Assembly (NCBI GenBank): GCA_030754595.1
Contig: JASLZZ010000034.1
Span: 1 to 64,000 of the forward strand
Direction: 5' to 3'
DNA from: Nitrospinota bacterium
GTDB taxonomy: Bacteria; UBA8248
Length of the DNA stretch: 64,000 bases
The first letter of the stretch is position 1; every line of letters begins with the position of its first letter. The notes under the pieces are model-generated. The model was not told where the DNA came from, made no database searches, and saw only the letters and a program-made list of their open reading frames with translations. The position numbers and the translations under genes are program-made. Below, piece by piece: positions 18,166 through 27,668 of the stretch.

Positions 18166-19014
18166 TCACTCCGCCAGCCGGTCGCGGATATCGTCCCAGG
18201 TGGAGAGACGGCGGTTGCTGTGCTGCGCCGGGGGCTGGGGGGTCATGATCTCGAGCCAGCGGCAGGCCGCCCCCCGGTTCATGAAAAACCCGTGGGGCGA
18301 GCCCACCCCGGACCAGCCGATCGTCCCCGGCTTCAGAATGTACTCCTCCCCCTCGGCGGTGAAGGTGCCCTCGCCCTCGAGACAGAGATAGGCCTCCTCG
18401 AAAGGATGGTCGTGCTCGTTGGTCTGGCCCCCCTCGGCGAACTCGATGATGAACATATCGAACTGCTCGCTGCCGAACTTCCGGTCCATCAGCATTTTCT
18501 TCGTCCACCCCCACATGTATTTATCGATCCTCTGGTGAGGGTGAAGCTGGTCCCAGTCGAAATGCCCCGTCATCCGGCAGGCGGGATTCAGCGGATCGAC
18601 GGAGAGCGCCTCGCTCCACTCGCTTCCGGCCGTGAAAAAACTGTCCGCCCACTCGCCCGGCTCTTTGGGCCGGGGGGCGCATTTTTCGACCCACCGGGCC
18701 GAGGCGCCGCTGGTGTTCCTGATGGCGTAGGCCACGCCGATGGGCACGAGGGCGTAGTCGAACCTGCCGAGGCGGAAACATCTACCCTCGCGGTTGAGCT
18801 CGACCTCGCCCTCCATGATGAAAATCCCCTTCTCGTAGGAGTGGACGCAGGTGTCGATCCGCCCGCCCGGCGCCAGCTCGCCGATACGAAATCCGATGTG
18901 GACTGAGCCCTGCTCCCGTCCGATCAGGTCGGCGCGCCTGAAGCTCTCGGAGCGGCCCGCATGGCTCGCGGGCGTTTCGTACAGCGAATCGGTGATTTCA
19001 CGAAATGAGTGCAT
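18166..19014 (-). CDS. Bicupin protein
   Basis: CVHSYEKGIFIMEGE and EHDHPFEEAYLCLEGE...PHGF; start uncertain (19014 or 19032). Confidence 0.8.
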   Translation of the reverse strand: MHSFREITDSLYETPASHAGRSESFRRADLIGREQGSVHIGFRIGELAPGGRIDTCVHSYEKGIFIMEGEVELNREGRCFRLGRFDYALVPIGVAYAIRNTSGASARWVEKCAPRPKEPGEWADSFFTAGSEWSEALSVDPLNPACRMTGHFDWDQLHPHQRIDKYMWGWTKKMLMDRKFGSEQFDMFIIEFAEGGQTNEHDHPFEEAYLCLEGEGTFTAEGEEYILKPGTIGWSGVGSPHGFFMNRGAACRWLEIMTPQPPAQHSNRRLSTWDDIRDRLAE

Positions 19015-19099
19015 GGTTGGATTTCCTTTCAATGAAAAAAAGTTATTATCAAGCTCACACTCATCCGGCGTGTCAATCGCCCTCGCGGTTATTGCCCCC

Positions 19100-19411
19100 C
19101 TACTGCATGGGCGAATAGTCCGTCGGCCGGAGGATGATGGTGTCGGTCCTCAGGCTGAGGCCCTGGAAGCGGCCCATGAGTTTTTTGAACTCGGTGTCGG
19201 CGACGAGGGAGCTCTGAGCCCGCTCGTACTGGGCCCAGTCCTCGAAGGCGGTGATGGAGACCACGCATGGCGAGGGGCCGATTTCGGTCTTCCAGTAGCC
19301 GACGACCTTGATGCCGTGTTTTTCGAAAAAGGGAATCGCCTCGCGGCGCAGTTCGTGGAATTCGTTCATCTTGCCGGGCGCGACGTGGTGTGTGCGAAGG
19401 GAGTGGAGCAT
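19100..19411 (-). CDS. NIPSNAP-family protein
   Basis: LRTHHVAPGKM, FEKHGIKVVGYW and ILRPTDYSP. Confidence 0.85.
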   Translation of the reverse strand: MLHSLRTHHVAPGKMNEFHELRREAIPFFEKHGIKVVGYWKTEIGPSPCVVSITAFEDWAQYERAQSSLVADTEFKKLMGRFQGLSLRTDTIILRPTDYSPMQ

Positions 19412-19439
19412 GAGCGATCCTCCGGATGGCCGAAGCGGC

Positions 19440-19736
19440 CTACTTGGATGTGAGAGCGAATTTTTTCACCTTGATCTTGCCGGCTTTCTTCCGGGCCTGG
19501 GCCAGGTCGTAATCCATCTGCATCCCGAGCCATACCTCCGGGCTGCTCCCGAAAGCCTTCGAAAGCCGTATGGCCATCTCCGGGGAAACACCGTTTTTCC
19601 CGTTGACCAGATTGCTCAGGGTCAGCCGGGTGACGCCAAGAATCTCCGCGCCCTTGGTGATGGTCAGGTCTAGAGGTTCCAGGCAGTCGTGCTTCACGAG
19701 CTTCCCGGGGTGTGGCGGGTTCTTCATGCGAGTCAT
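19440..19736 (-). CDS. higA: HigA-family antitoxin (HTH)
   Basis: MKNPPHPG, LGVTRLTLSNLVNGK and SPEMAIRLSKAFGSSPEVWLGMQMDYDL. Confidence 0.93.
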   Translation of the reverse strand: MTRMKNPPHPGKLVKHDCLEPLDLTITKGAEILGVTRLTLSNLVNGKNGVSPEMAIRLSKAFGSSPEVWLGMQMDYDLAQARKKAGKIKVKKFALTSK

Positions 19737-19745
19737 TTCAGTCTC

Positions 19746-20024
19746 CTAATGGTAATCGGTTAAATCTACGTCGTAGGCGTCGCCCTGTTCCATCCTGAAA
19801 GTGGTGCGCTAGTTGGCTGTAACCGTCATGGCCCAATGGCCTTTCATGCCGCCTTTCAGCGGGTGCAGGCGGCAGCCGGGAAAGTCCATATCCTCCGGCT
19901 TGCCGGCCCTGTTCAGGGCGGCGAGGATACGCCTTATCTTGCCTACATCCTGTGCGGAAACCCGGCTCTGGTCGTCCCTTTCAAACAGCCTTCTCAATCC
20001 ACGATGTTTAAATCCTTGAATCGT
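19746..20024 (-). pseudogene. higB: HigB (RelE-like killer protein) toxin pseudogene
   Basis: Reads (ACG)IQGFKHRGLRRLFE...LHPLKG...WAMTVTAN*RTTFRMEQGDAYDVDLTDYH*; start codon is ACG and the conserved Trp codon is TAG (19809-19811). Confidence 0.88.
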
Positions 20025-20030
20025 GGCTGT

Positions 20031-20059
20031 AATGTATAGTATATATATTCAGTATGCAA
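20031..20059 (-). promoter_or_regulatory. Sigma70 promoter of higBA
   Basis: TTGCAT-17 bp-TACATT on the minus strand, ending 6 nt before the mutated higB start (leaderless-type layout). Confidence 0.6.
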
Positions 20060-20107
20060 ATCTTTTTCAGGGGTGAGGTTGCCAGATGATCGAAAACGCG
20101 GAGGCGG

Positions 20108-20887
20108 TCACCCCGCGTGCCACCCGCCGTCAACGAGCAGCGACTCGCCGGTGACGAGATTGCTGGCGGCGGAGGCGAGGAAAACGCAGGGCCCCACGAG
20201 CTCTTCCATCAGGCCGAGGCGGCCCATCGGCGTCCGGTCGCGGATGGCACCGAATACCACGGGGTCATCGACCAGGGACTTGGTGAGCGGGGTCTCGATG
20301 AAGGTGGGGCAGATGGCGTTGACCTGGATGTTTTCCTTCGCCCACTCGACGGCGAACGAGCGGGTGAGCGAGATGACGCCCCCCTTGCTCGAGGCATAGG
20401 GGCCGTAAGTCTGCCGGTGTGGGTTTCGGAAGACAGACCAGCCCATGAGCGAGGCGATGTTGATGACCTTTCCGCCGCCCGTTTTTTTCATCTCATCGCC
20501 CGCGCGGCGGGTGATGAAAAAAAGACTCTTGAGGTTGAGGTCGAGAACGAGGTCCCAGTCCTCCTCGGACACCTCGTCCATTTTCTTGCGCACGTTGGTC
20601 CCCGCGTTGTTGACCAGGATCGTCAGCCCGCCGAGGCCCGCCGCAGCCTCGCTCACCATCCGGTCCACCGAATCGCCCTCGGTGACGTTTGCCTCGATGG
20701 GGACGCACTTTCGCCCCAGCGCCACGATCTCGCGGCGGCCCGCGTCCGCCCCGGTGAGATTGATGTCGGCGAGGGCGACGTCCGCGCCCGCCCGGGCGAG
20801 GCCGATGGCGAGCGTCAGGCCGATGCCCCGGCCCGCGCCGGTGACGAGGGCCTTTTGGCCCGTGAGATCGAATAGAGGATGGGACAT
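20108..20887 (-). CDS. Short-chain dehydrogenase/reductase (gluconate 5-DH/KduD-like)
   Basis: TGAGRGIG, NNAG, YASSK and VDGG. Confidence 0.92.
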   Translation of the reverse strand: MSHPLFDLTGQKALVTGAGRGIGLTLAIGLARAGADVALADINLTGADAGRREIVALGRKCVPIEANVTEGDSVDRMVSEAAAGLGGLTILVNNAGTNVRKKMDEVSEEDWDLVLDLNLKSLFFITRRAGDEMKKTGGGKVINIASLMGWSVFRNPHRQTYGPYASSKGGVISLTRSFAVEWAKENIQVNAICPTFIETPLTKSLVDDPVVFGAIRDRTPMGRLGLMEELVGPCVFLASAASNLVTGESLLVDGGWHAG

Positions 20888-21001
20888 GGGATTTCCCCCT
20901 TGAGGAATGCGGAATAATAAAATGCCGTTTTCAGGATTCTCCCCCTCGGGGGGAGGCGGGTCAATCGGGGGAAGGACCGGGCATGAGCAGCCCGCCCGCC
21001 G

Positions 21002-21256
21002 CTACTTCCTCGAAAAAAGATTCCAGAGAATTGTCAGGACGATGCTGACGATGATCGAGGTGACGATCGGGAAGTGAAAGCTCCAGTTTTTTCCGCGCAG
21101 GTGAATGTCGCCCGGAAGGCGGCCGAGCCAGGGGCCAAGCCAAGGAAGCCTGGGGCCGAATGTCATCAGGGCGCCGATGGCCGCGAGGGCGAGCCCGGCG
21201 ATGAGAAGTGTCTTGCCGATGTTGCCGAGCGGGCCGGACGGGTCGCCTGGGTCCAT
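21002..21256 (-). CDS. DUF2905-like small membrane protein
   Basis: LGRLPGDI...FHFPIVTSIIVSIVLT; typical position downstream of ruvB. Confidence 0.8.
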   Translation of the reverse strand: MDPGDPSGPLGNIGKTLLIAGLALAAIGALMTFGPRLPWLGPWLGRLPGDIHLRGKNWSFHFPIVTSIIVSIVLTILWNLFSRK

Positions 21257-21265
21257 TTCGCCGCG

Positions 21266-22342
21266 CTACCCGGTTTCCCCGATTTCGGAATCGCCAGCTT
21301 CGGAATCCCCGGCGGCGGACCAGAGCTCGTCCTGGAGCCCCTCGGGAACTTTCAGGCTGAGGTGGGCGAAGGCGGCCGGAGTCGCCCGGCGGCCGCCGCG
21401 CGTGCGCTGGACGAAGCCCGTGCGGAGCAGGTAGGGCTCCACCACGTCAACGAGGGTGTCGCTCTCCTCGTTCATGGTGGCGGCGATGGCTTCGACACCC
21501 ACCGGGCCGCCCGCGTACTGCTCGATGATGGTGCGGAGATAGCGCCTGTCGAGGGCGTCGAGACCCATCTCGTCCACGCTGTCCATCGCCAGCGCCTCGC
21601 GGGTGGTATCGAGCGATATGGCGCCGTCGCGCCGCGCCTGGCTGAAGTCGCGGACCCAGAGAAGAAGCCGGTTCGCCGTCCGGGGGGTGCCTCGGCTCCG
21701 GCGGGCGAGCTCGAGCGAGGCGCCATCCTCGATGGGCAACTCCAACCGCCCGGCGCTCCGCGTGATAATCACCTGAAGCTCTTCCTCGGAGTAAAAATCG
21801 ACGTGATAGACCCGCTCGAAGCGATCGCGCAGGGGAGGCGAAAGGGCGCCGGGCCGGGTGGTGGCGCCCACTATCGAGAAGCGCTTGAGATTGATTTTGA
21901 TCGACCGGGCCATCGGGCCCTGCTGTGAGATGAAGTCCACCTCGAAGTCCTCCATCGCCGGGTAGAGGTATTCCTCGACCGGTCTCGGCATGCGGTGGAT
22001 TTCGTCGATGAAAAGTACGTCGCCCGCCTGGAGATCGGTGAGAATCCCCACCAGGTCGAAGGGCCGGGAGAGCGAGGGGCCCGATGTCTTGACCAGGCGC
22101 GAGCCCATCTCCTGGGCGATGATGTGGGAAAGGGTGGTTTTGCCCAGCCCGGGCGGGCCGTGAAAAAGAACGTGGCCCACCGATTCGCCGCGTGCGGCGG
22201 CGGCGTCGAGGGTGATCTGGAGCTTATCGACGAGATTCTGCTGGCCGACGTACTGATCGAGCCGGGAGGGGCGGAGCGAGGAGAAAACCCGCTCCTCCGC
22301 CGGGCTGACTTCCCGGGCCGAGACGCGCCTTTCGATGACCAC
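21266..22342 (-). CDS. ruvB: Holliday junction branch migration helicase RuvB
   Basis: SLRPSRLDQYVGQ, GPPGLGKTT, FIDEIHR and SRGTPR. Confidence 0.97.
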   Translation of the reverse strand: MVIERRVSAREVSPAEERVFSSLRPSRLDQYVGQQNLVDKLQITLDAAAARGESVGHVLFHGPPGLGKTTLSHIIAQEMGSRLVKTSGPSLSRPFDLVGILTDLQAGDVLFIDEIHRMPRPVEEYLYPAMEDFEVDFISQQGPMARSIKINLKRFSIVGATTRPGALSPPLRDRFERVYHVDFYSEEELQVIITRSAGRLELPIEDGASLELARRSRGTPRTANRLLLWVRDFSQARRDGAISLDTTREALAMDSVDEMGLDALDRRYLRTIIEQYAGGPVGVEAIAATMNEESDTLVDVVEPYLLRTGFVQRTRGGRRATPAAFAHLSLKVPEGLQDELWSAAGDSEAGDSEIGETG

Positions 22343-22352
22343 GGCGACTCCT

Positions 22353-22991
22353 TTACCGCCTGAGGCGGAAAACTTCCTCTAAAACGGCGGGTATCTCCGC
22401 CTCGGGGCCCAGCGACACCCGCGCGCGGCTGATTAACTCCTCGGCCTCGGTTGTGCGCAGTCCGAGCTGGCCGACGAGGATCGCCATCGCCTCGGCGTTC
22501 TGGCCCATGGCTTCGGGTTGCTCGGGGCGGGCGTCCTCCACCCCCGCCGAAAGCCCCAATTCCGCGAGTTCGTCGGCGAGCTTGGAGATGATCTGCTCCG
22601 CCTTTTTCTTTCCGATTCCTTGGAGCTTCGTCAGGGTGCCCATGTCGCGGGCGAGGATCGCCGCCGCGATTCGCTCGGGCGGGAGACCCATCGCCCGGAC
22701 GCCGCTCCGGGGGCTGAGGCCCGGCACCTTGATGAAGCGAAGGAAAAAGTCGCGCTCGGCGGCCATGAGAAAACCCACAAGCCGGGGAACGAGGGTTTGG
22801 CCCGCCGCCACGTTGCCCTCGAGATAGTGATGGGTGTGAAGCTCGACCGGCTCCCGGGCGTCCATGAGGGCCTGGAGCTCGGAAAGGGCGTAGGCTCCCA
22901 CCTGGGTTTCGTAGCACAGGCCCGCGCCCGTGCGCACGACGACGCTTTCGTCGAGAATCTCGACGACCTCGCCCGATATGCGCCGGATCAT
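22353..22991 (-). CDS. ruvA: Holliday junction branch migration protein RuvA
   Basis: MIRRISG start with ATGA overlap on the ruvC stop; HhH motif LQGIGKKKAEQI. Confidence 0.9.
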   Translation of the reverse strand: MIRRISGEVVEILDESVVVRTGAGLCYETQVGAYALSELQALMDAREPVELHTHHYLEGNVAAGQTLVPRLVGFLMAAERDFFLRFIKVPGLSPRSGVRAMGLPPERIAAAILARDMGTLTKLQGIGKKKAEQIISKLADELAELGLSAGVEDARPEQPEAMGQNAEAMAILVGQLGLRTTEAEELISRARVSLGPEAEIPAVLEEVFRLRR

Positions 22992-23521
22992 TGGTTCACC
23001 GCCGGGGCGGCGCCGGAGCGGCGGATGGTGCGGTCGATGAAACAATAGGCCGCGGCCACCGCGTCGGCGAAATCGTTCGGCTCGGGGAGCTTGTCGAGTT
23101 CCAGCCGCTGCTGCACCATCCGCTGAACCTGGGCCTTCGAGGCGCGGCCGACGCCGACGAGGGATTTTTTAATCTCGGTCGCCGCAAAGCTGTGGACGGA
23201 AATTCCGGCCTGGGAGGCGGCCAGGAATATCACCCCGCGGGCGTGGCCCATGATGATCGAGGTGCGGGGGTGATTGTAGTGCGCGTAAAGGTCCTCGACG
23301 GCCATGACGGCGGGTTCGAGGGCGGCGATGATCTCGGACAGTTCGCGGTGGAGCTCTCCGAGGCGCTCCTCGAAGGGGGCCCGCTCGTTGCTCCTCAGGA
23401 CGCCGCCGTCCACGAGCCGTGGCTCCGCGAAGGGGTCCGAGACGGCGAGAACGGCATACCCGGTCACACCGAGGCCCGGATCGACCCCTAGGATGCGGTA
23501 GGAACTGTTGGTGTCAGGCAA
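22988..23521 (-). CDS. ruvC: Crossover junction endodeoxyribonuclease RuvC
   Basis: ILGVDPG, MAVE, GHARGVI, GRASKAQVQRMV and DFADA. Confidence 0.95.
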   Translation of the reverse strand: MPDTNSSYRILGVDPGLGVTGYAVLAVSDPFAEPRLVDGGVLRSNERAPFEERLGELHRELSEIIAALEPAVMAVEDLYAHYNHPRTSIIMGHARGVIFLAASQAGISVHSFAATEIKKSLVGVGRASKAQVQRMVQQRLELDKLPEPNDFADAVAAAYCFIDRTIRRSGAAPAVNQ

Positions 23522-23559
23522 GGTGGCCTCGCCCGGGCGGTGGGAGAGGGGGAGGCGGC

Positions 23560-24309
23560 TCAGGCGGAAACCTTGGCCATCTCCTCCTCCGAGATATCGA
23601 AATTTGCGTAGACGTTTTGAACGTCGTCGTTGTCCTCGAGCGTCTCGATGAGCCGGAGCATCTGCTCGGCGGGTTTTCCCTCGAGTTTGATCGTGGTTTT
23701 CGGAATCATTGAAATCTCGGCGGTTTCCATGGGAACTTGGTTTTTCTCGAGCGCCGCGCAGATATCTTCATAGGCCTCGGGTTCGGAGGTGACTTCGTAG
23801 TGCCCGTCGGCGGGTTCCATGTCGTCGGCCCCGGCTTCGAGCACGATCTCGAGGAGGCTGTCCTCGTCCACGCCTGTCTCGGGGATGAGAAAAAGGCCTT
23901 TTTTATCGAAATTCCAGGCCACGGCGTTGGGCTCGGCGAGATTTCCCCCTCTGCGCGAGAGAATATGGCGGACCTCGGAGCCCGTTCGGTTGCGGTTTTC
24001 GGTGAGGACAGAGATGAGGATGGCGACGCCGCCGGGCCCGTAGGCCTCATAAGTGAATTCCTCGTAGACGACCCCTTCCATGTCGCCCGTTCCCTTGGAA
24101 ATGGCGCGGGTGACGTTGTCCTGGGGCATGTTGGCGCTCTTGGCGTTTTGAATGGCCATCCGAAGGCGGGGGTTGCCGTCCGGGTCGCCTCCGCCCATTT
24201 TCGCGGCGACGGTGATCTCCCGGATCAGCTTGGTGAAGATTTTACCCCGCTTGGCGTCCAAGGCGCCCTTTTTTCGCTTGATGGTGCTCCATTTGGAATG
24301 GCCCGACAT
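23560..24309 (-). CDS. yebC: YebC/PmpR-family protein
   Basis: [23 protein letters not shown] and [10 protein letters not shown]. Confidence 0.96.
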   Translation of the reverse strand: MSGHSKWSTIKRKKGALDAKRGKIFTKLIREITVAAKMGGGDPDGNPRLRMAIQNAKSANMPQDNVTRAISKGTGDMEGVVYEEFTYEAYGPGGVAILISVLTENRNRTGSEVRHILSRRGGNLAEPNAVAWNFDKKGLFLIPETGVDEDSLLEIVLEAGADDMEPADGHYEVTSEPEAYEDICAALEKNQVPMETAEISMIPKTTIKLEGKPAEQMLRLIETLEDNDDVQNVYANFDISEEEMAKVSA

Positions 24310-24594
24310 GGCGTTCGATCTCCAGGGGTATATAACAGGGCCGGTTCCGGAAGTGCGCCAAAGGAAATGGCCGGCCCATGCAACACACGGAATTATAGCT
24401 TTTTTCTAGCATGCCCCGGAAGGCGAAGTAAAGGAAAAGACCGGCGGGCCCTTTCTCCCGGTGACCTCCGGGAGGGGAAACAAAGCGGCTTTTCGCGCCG
24501 GACCGTAATGGACATAGCGGTGTGGCAATGCTATTTTTTTGGTCGAAATTCCCTTGAAGGCATTGGTTTTACTTTGTGAACGGGGATTTTATCA

Positions 24595-25554
24595 TTGGAC
24601 CTCATCGGACGCGGTGTCAAGACGCTCCAGATTGAAGCCGATGCGCTGGGCCGGTTGCCCGGGCGCCTTGGGAAGGATTTCGTCCGGGCGGTCGAACTCA
24701 TCATCGCCTGCAAGGGCCGAGTCGTCGTGACCGGAATGGGAAAAAGCGGTCTGGTTGGACAGAAAATCGCCGCGACGCTGGCGAGCGTCGGGGCCCCCTC
24801 GTTTTTCCTTCATCCCGCCGAAGGTGTCCACGGCGACCTGGGGATGGTGACACGCGATGATGTAGTGATTGTTCTCTCCTTTAGTGGGGAGACGGATGAG
24901 GTTCTTCGGTTGCTTCCGGTTTTCGGGCGGCTGGGGATTTCGATCATCGCCATCACCGGGGTGGTGGAATCGACGCTGGCTAAAGAGGCCCGGGCCGTTC
25001 TCGATGTTTCGGTGGACGAGGAGGCTTGTCCGATGAACCTGGTTCCCACCGCGAGCAGTACGGCGACGCTGGCGATGGGAGATGCGCTGGCCATGGCCGT
25101 GCTGGAGGCCAACAGGTTTCGCGAGGAGGATTTCGCGGATTTTCATCCGGGCGGCTCCCTCAGCAGAAAGCTCATTCGGGTCCGGGACCTCATGGTGACC
25201 GGGGAGGCCGTTCCCCGGGTCGCCGTCGATGCGCCCTTGAATGAGGTGACCCGCGAGATGAGTTCGAAGGGGCTCGGAATGACCTGTGTGGTCGATGGTG
25301 CGGGCGGCCTGGTCGGGGTGATTACGGACGGGGATTTGCGGAGGGCGCTGGAGCGGTCGAACGGGAATCTTCGCGCGAATGCCACCGGATTGATGACTCC
25401 TTCGCCCGGCACGGTTCGGGGGGACATGATGGCGGCGGCCGTGCTTCAGATGATAGAGGAAAAATCGATTACATCGCTGATTGTCGTGGATGGGGAAGGG
25501 CGAATCTCCGGAGTGATCCACCTGCATCATCTTTTACGCGCAGGGATTATTTAA
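24595..25554 (+). CDS. kdsD: Arabinose-5-phosphate isomerase (KpsF/GutQ: SIS + 2 CBS)
   Basis: GMGKSG, HPAEGVHGDLG, EACPMNLVPTASST, HPGGSL and ITDGDLRR. Confidence 0.93.
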   Translation: MDLIGRGVKTLQIEADALGRLPGRLGKDFVRAVELIIACKGRVVVTGMGKSGLVGQKIAATLASVGAPSFFLHPAEGVHGDLGMVTRDDVVIVLSFSGETDEVLRLLPVFGRLGISIIAITGVVESTLAKEARAVLDVSVDEEACPMNLVPTASSTATLAMGDALAMAVLEANRFREEDFADFHPGGSLSRKLIRVRDLMVTGEAVPRVAVDAPLNEVTREMSSKGLGMTCVVDGAGGLVGVITDGDLRRALERSNGNLRANATGLMTPSPGTVRGDMMAAAVLQMIEEKSITSLIVVDGEGRISGVIHLHHLLRAGII

Positions 25555-25639
25555 GAGAAATAAAGAGGATTATCAGTTAAATTATTGTGAAATTGTGAAT
25601 TTTGGTCCTTTTTGAGGCCCCAGTCACTATTTGTCATAA

Positions 25640-26887
25640 GGGAACCCCTAAAAACCGCCGAACTTCCCCCGATTCTGTGTTATCGCAGCATTTTAGCCAC
25701 AATTCATACCCATTTTCCATCTTATCCTCGGCCATCGGAACTCCGAAGAGCCTCCCGATGGCCAATTTTCCTCATGCGCGCGCAGGTATCCCGTCTCTCG
25801 CCAACCAGACAAGGCGGCGCATGTTGTAGACCAGGTTCATCATTCCGATCCTGGTTCGGGCCCTCGCAATGCCGATCGTGCGAACCAGCTTGCCGCCCAT
25901 GGCGCTTTCCTGGAATGCGAAGACATGCTCGACGCGGGCCCGGACCCTGGAGCGGCGGGCATTCACCTGGCTCTTGTGTCTCGATAAGGGCGTGCCCCGT
26001 TTGCCGCGCCGATGCACCTGGCTGATAAAACCGTTTTCCTTCAGGCGGCGCCCGGCATCCCCCGGGCAATAGGCGCTGTCGGCCCAGACCTTCGAGCAGG
26101 TGTTCGCCTCGTCCAGAAGGTTATCGAAGAGCTGGCTGTCATGAACGGAGGCGTCGGTGACCTCATAGCGGCGAACCAGCTTGTGGCGGCGGTCCACGCT
26201 CACATGATTCTTGTAGCCGAAGTCGCTCTTGCCGTGCTTCCGGGTCCAGCGGTCGTCCACATCTTTTTGCGCCCGCTGGCGGGGCCTGGCCTTCCAGCCG
26301 CCGGGAACATCGCCCGACTTGATCGCCTCGTTCTCATCGCGGCGGTTGCGCTGCACCGGGGCGCGCACGATCGAGGCATCAACGACCTGGCCGCCCATGT
26401 CCATGAACCCCTTATCCCGGAGAACCCGGTCAAAGCGATCGAAGAAAGCCTCGACCACACCCGCCTGCGTCCAGTGCTCCCTGTAGAGCCAGATCGTCCT
26501 CGCGTCCGGCCCCTTGTCCCCCAGGCCCAATCCCAGGAACCGCATGAACGACAGGCGGTCCCGGATCAGATATTCCGCCGCGTCATCTCCAAGGTTGTAC
26601 AGGCTTTGCAATACCAGGATACAGACCATCATGACCGAATCCACCGGAGGCCGGCCCCCCAGGCTCCGGTCCCTGCGCTCAAGCGCATCCTCCAGAAGGG
26701 GACGGAAATCCTCGAACGAAACTATCTGGCTCAAACACTCAAGCGGATCGCCTCCATCACTCAAAAGCGCATGCCGGGCATCAAGGTCGAAAAATCCTGG
26801 CTGTGAGGCCATCATCTATCCTCCGGGGCGGGAGGATTCTATTGGATCACATCAGAGATGAAATAGGGGAGGTTTTTAGAGGTGCCC
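25640..26887 (-). mobile_element. IS5-family insertion sequence (about 1.25 kb)
   Basis: 17-bp terminal IRs gggaacccctaaaaacc (25640-25656) and ggtttttagaggtgccc (26871-26887), 15/17 match; no clean target-site duplication. Confidence 0.9.
25772..26815 (-). CDS. IS5-family DDE transposase
   Basis: GGRPP, DRLSFMRFLGL, VDASIV, FGYKNH, WADSAY and RARVEHVF. Confidence 0.95.
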   Translation of the reverse strand: MMASQPGFFDLDARHALLSDGGDPLECLSQIVSFEDFRPLLEDALERRDRSLGGRPPVDSVMMVCILVLQSLYNLGDDAAEYLIRDRLSFMRFLGLGLGDKGPDARTIWLYREHWTQAGVVEAFFDRFDRVLRDKGFMDMGGQVVDASIVRAPVQRNRRDENEAIKSGDVPGGWKARPRQRAQKDVDDRWTRKHGKSDFGYKNHVSVDRRHKLVRRYEVTDASVHDSQLFDNLLDEANTCSKVWADSAYCPGDAGRRLKENGFISQVHRRGKRGTPLSRHKSQVNARRSRVRARVEHVFAFQESAMGGKLVRTIGIARARTRIGMMNLVYNMRRLVWLARDGIPARA

Positions 26888-27235
26888 ATATGTATATTTA
26901 CCGGATGAAAAGGCCAGCCCATGCTTTTTGTGAACACCGAGTTGGCGGCCCGCGGTTTGGCTCAGGCGAGATTTTATCCGCCCGACATCCTCCGGAAAAC
27001 CGAAATTAGAGCGGCGGAGCGAAGAGCCCGCCGGGCCAAACGGGGAATTTGGAAGCTTCCGCCGAGCCGCCCCCGGGGCAAAAAACGCGGAATGGTCCTG
27101 GCGGACCCGGCCCGAAAACTATATTACCGCCCGAGAACGCAGCCCTATGAAAACCTTCGGTGCCTCTCCGGGAGGGTTGCTTTTTCATCCGTAGCCAAGA
27201 CCCAAAATTCGGGTTACCGGGATGGAATCCCTTAA
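26888..27235 (+). pseudogene. 3' half of a thermonuclease (SNase) gene cut by the IS, with degenerate Ada-like tail
   Basis: Directly after the IS end: YVYLPDEK(fs)GQPMLFVNTELAARGLA...AERRARRAKRGIW; one-base frameshift in the A-run near 26910; no N-terminal half on the other side of the IS. Confidence 0.75.
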
Positions 27236-27513
27236 TTGTCTTCGTAGGCGCTGCCCGTCCTTCGAAGCTGGCGATTTGAGCGGCGTGTTTCGATTACGAG
27301 GCGGCGGTTCTTTCTAGAACGCTTGTTGAAGGCCGGCGCCTGGCGGTATTTGCCTATCTTGGGAATTCGTTTTCTCGGAATTTTCTTTACGGGAATGTTT
27401 TTTCTCTTGGCTTCGGCTTTTTCGACAAAAACATTTCCGCCGGCCAGAAAAAAGGCCAGGAAAACCATCGAAACCATCACCCGGACGGAATATCTTGACT
27501 TAAATCGAATCAT
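27232..27513 (-). CDS. Small, very basic, probably secreted protein
   Basis: ATG at 27513 after GAGAGG; hydrophobic segment ending in AEA, then a K/R-rich mature part. Confidence 0.55.
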   Translation of the reverse strand: MIRFKSRYSVRVMVSMVFLAFFLAGGNVFVEKAEAKRKNIPVKKIPRKRIPKIGKYRQAPAFNKRSRKNRRLVIETRRSNRQLRRTGSAYEDN

Positions 27514-27652
27514 TCGCACCCTCTCATGGGTCGCCCTTTGGGCCAGGCTGGGATGGCCCTTTGGCCTAGGGATAGTCCCTCCGGGGGATATTCCCCGGAC
27601 CTGGGCATTGTCTGCTCCTAGGGGGGATATCCCCGCCCTCTCATAGAAGCTC

Positions 27653-27668
27653 GCAGGACGCATGCCAA
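27653..27668 (-). promoter_or_regulatory. Candidate sigma54 (-24/-12) promoter
   Basis: Minus strand TTGGCATGCGTCCTGC fits GG-N10-GC; AT-rich IHF-like tract at about 27690-27718. Confidence 0.5.

Noticed and set aside
19809..19811. Pyrrolysine or amber read-through at in-frame TAGs in toxin genes
   Set aside because: Many normal genes here end in TAG, no pyl genes are visible, and each toxin has a second lesion.
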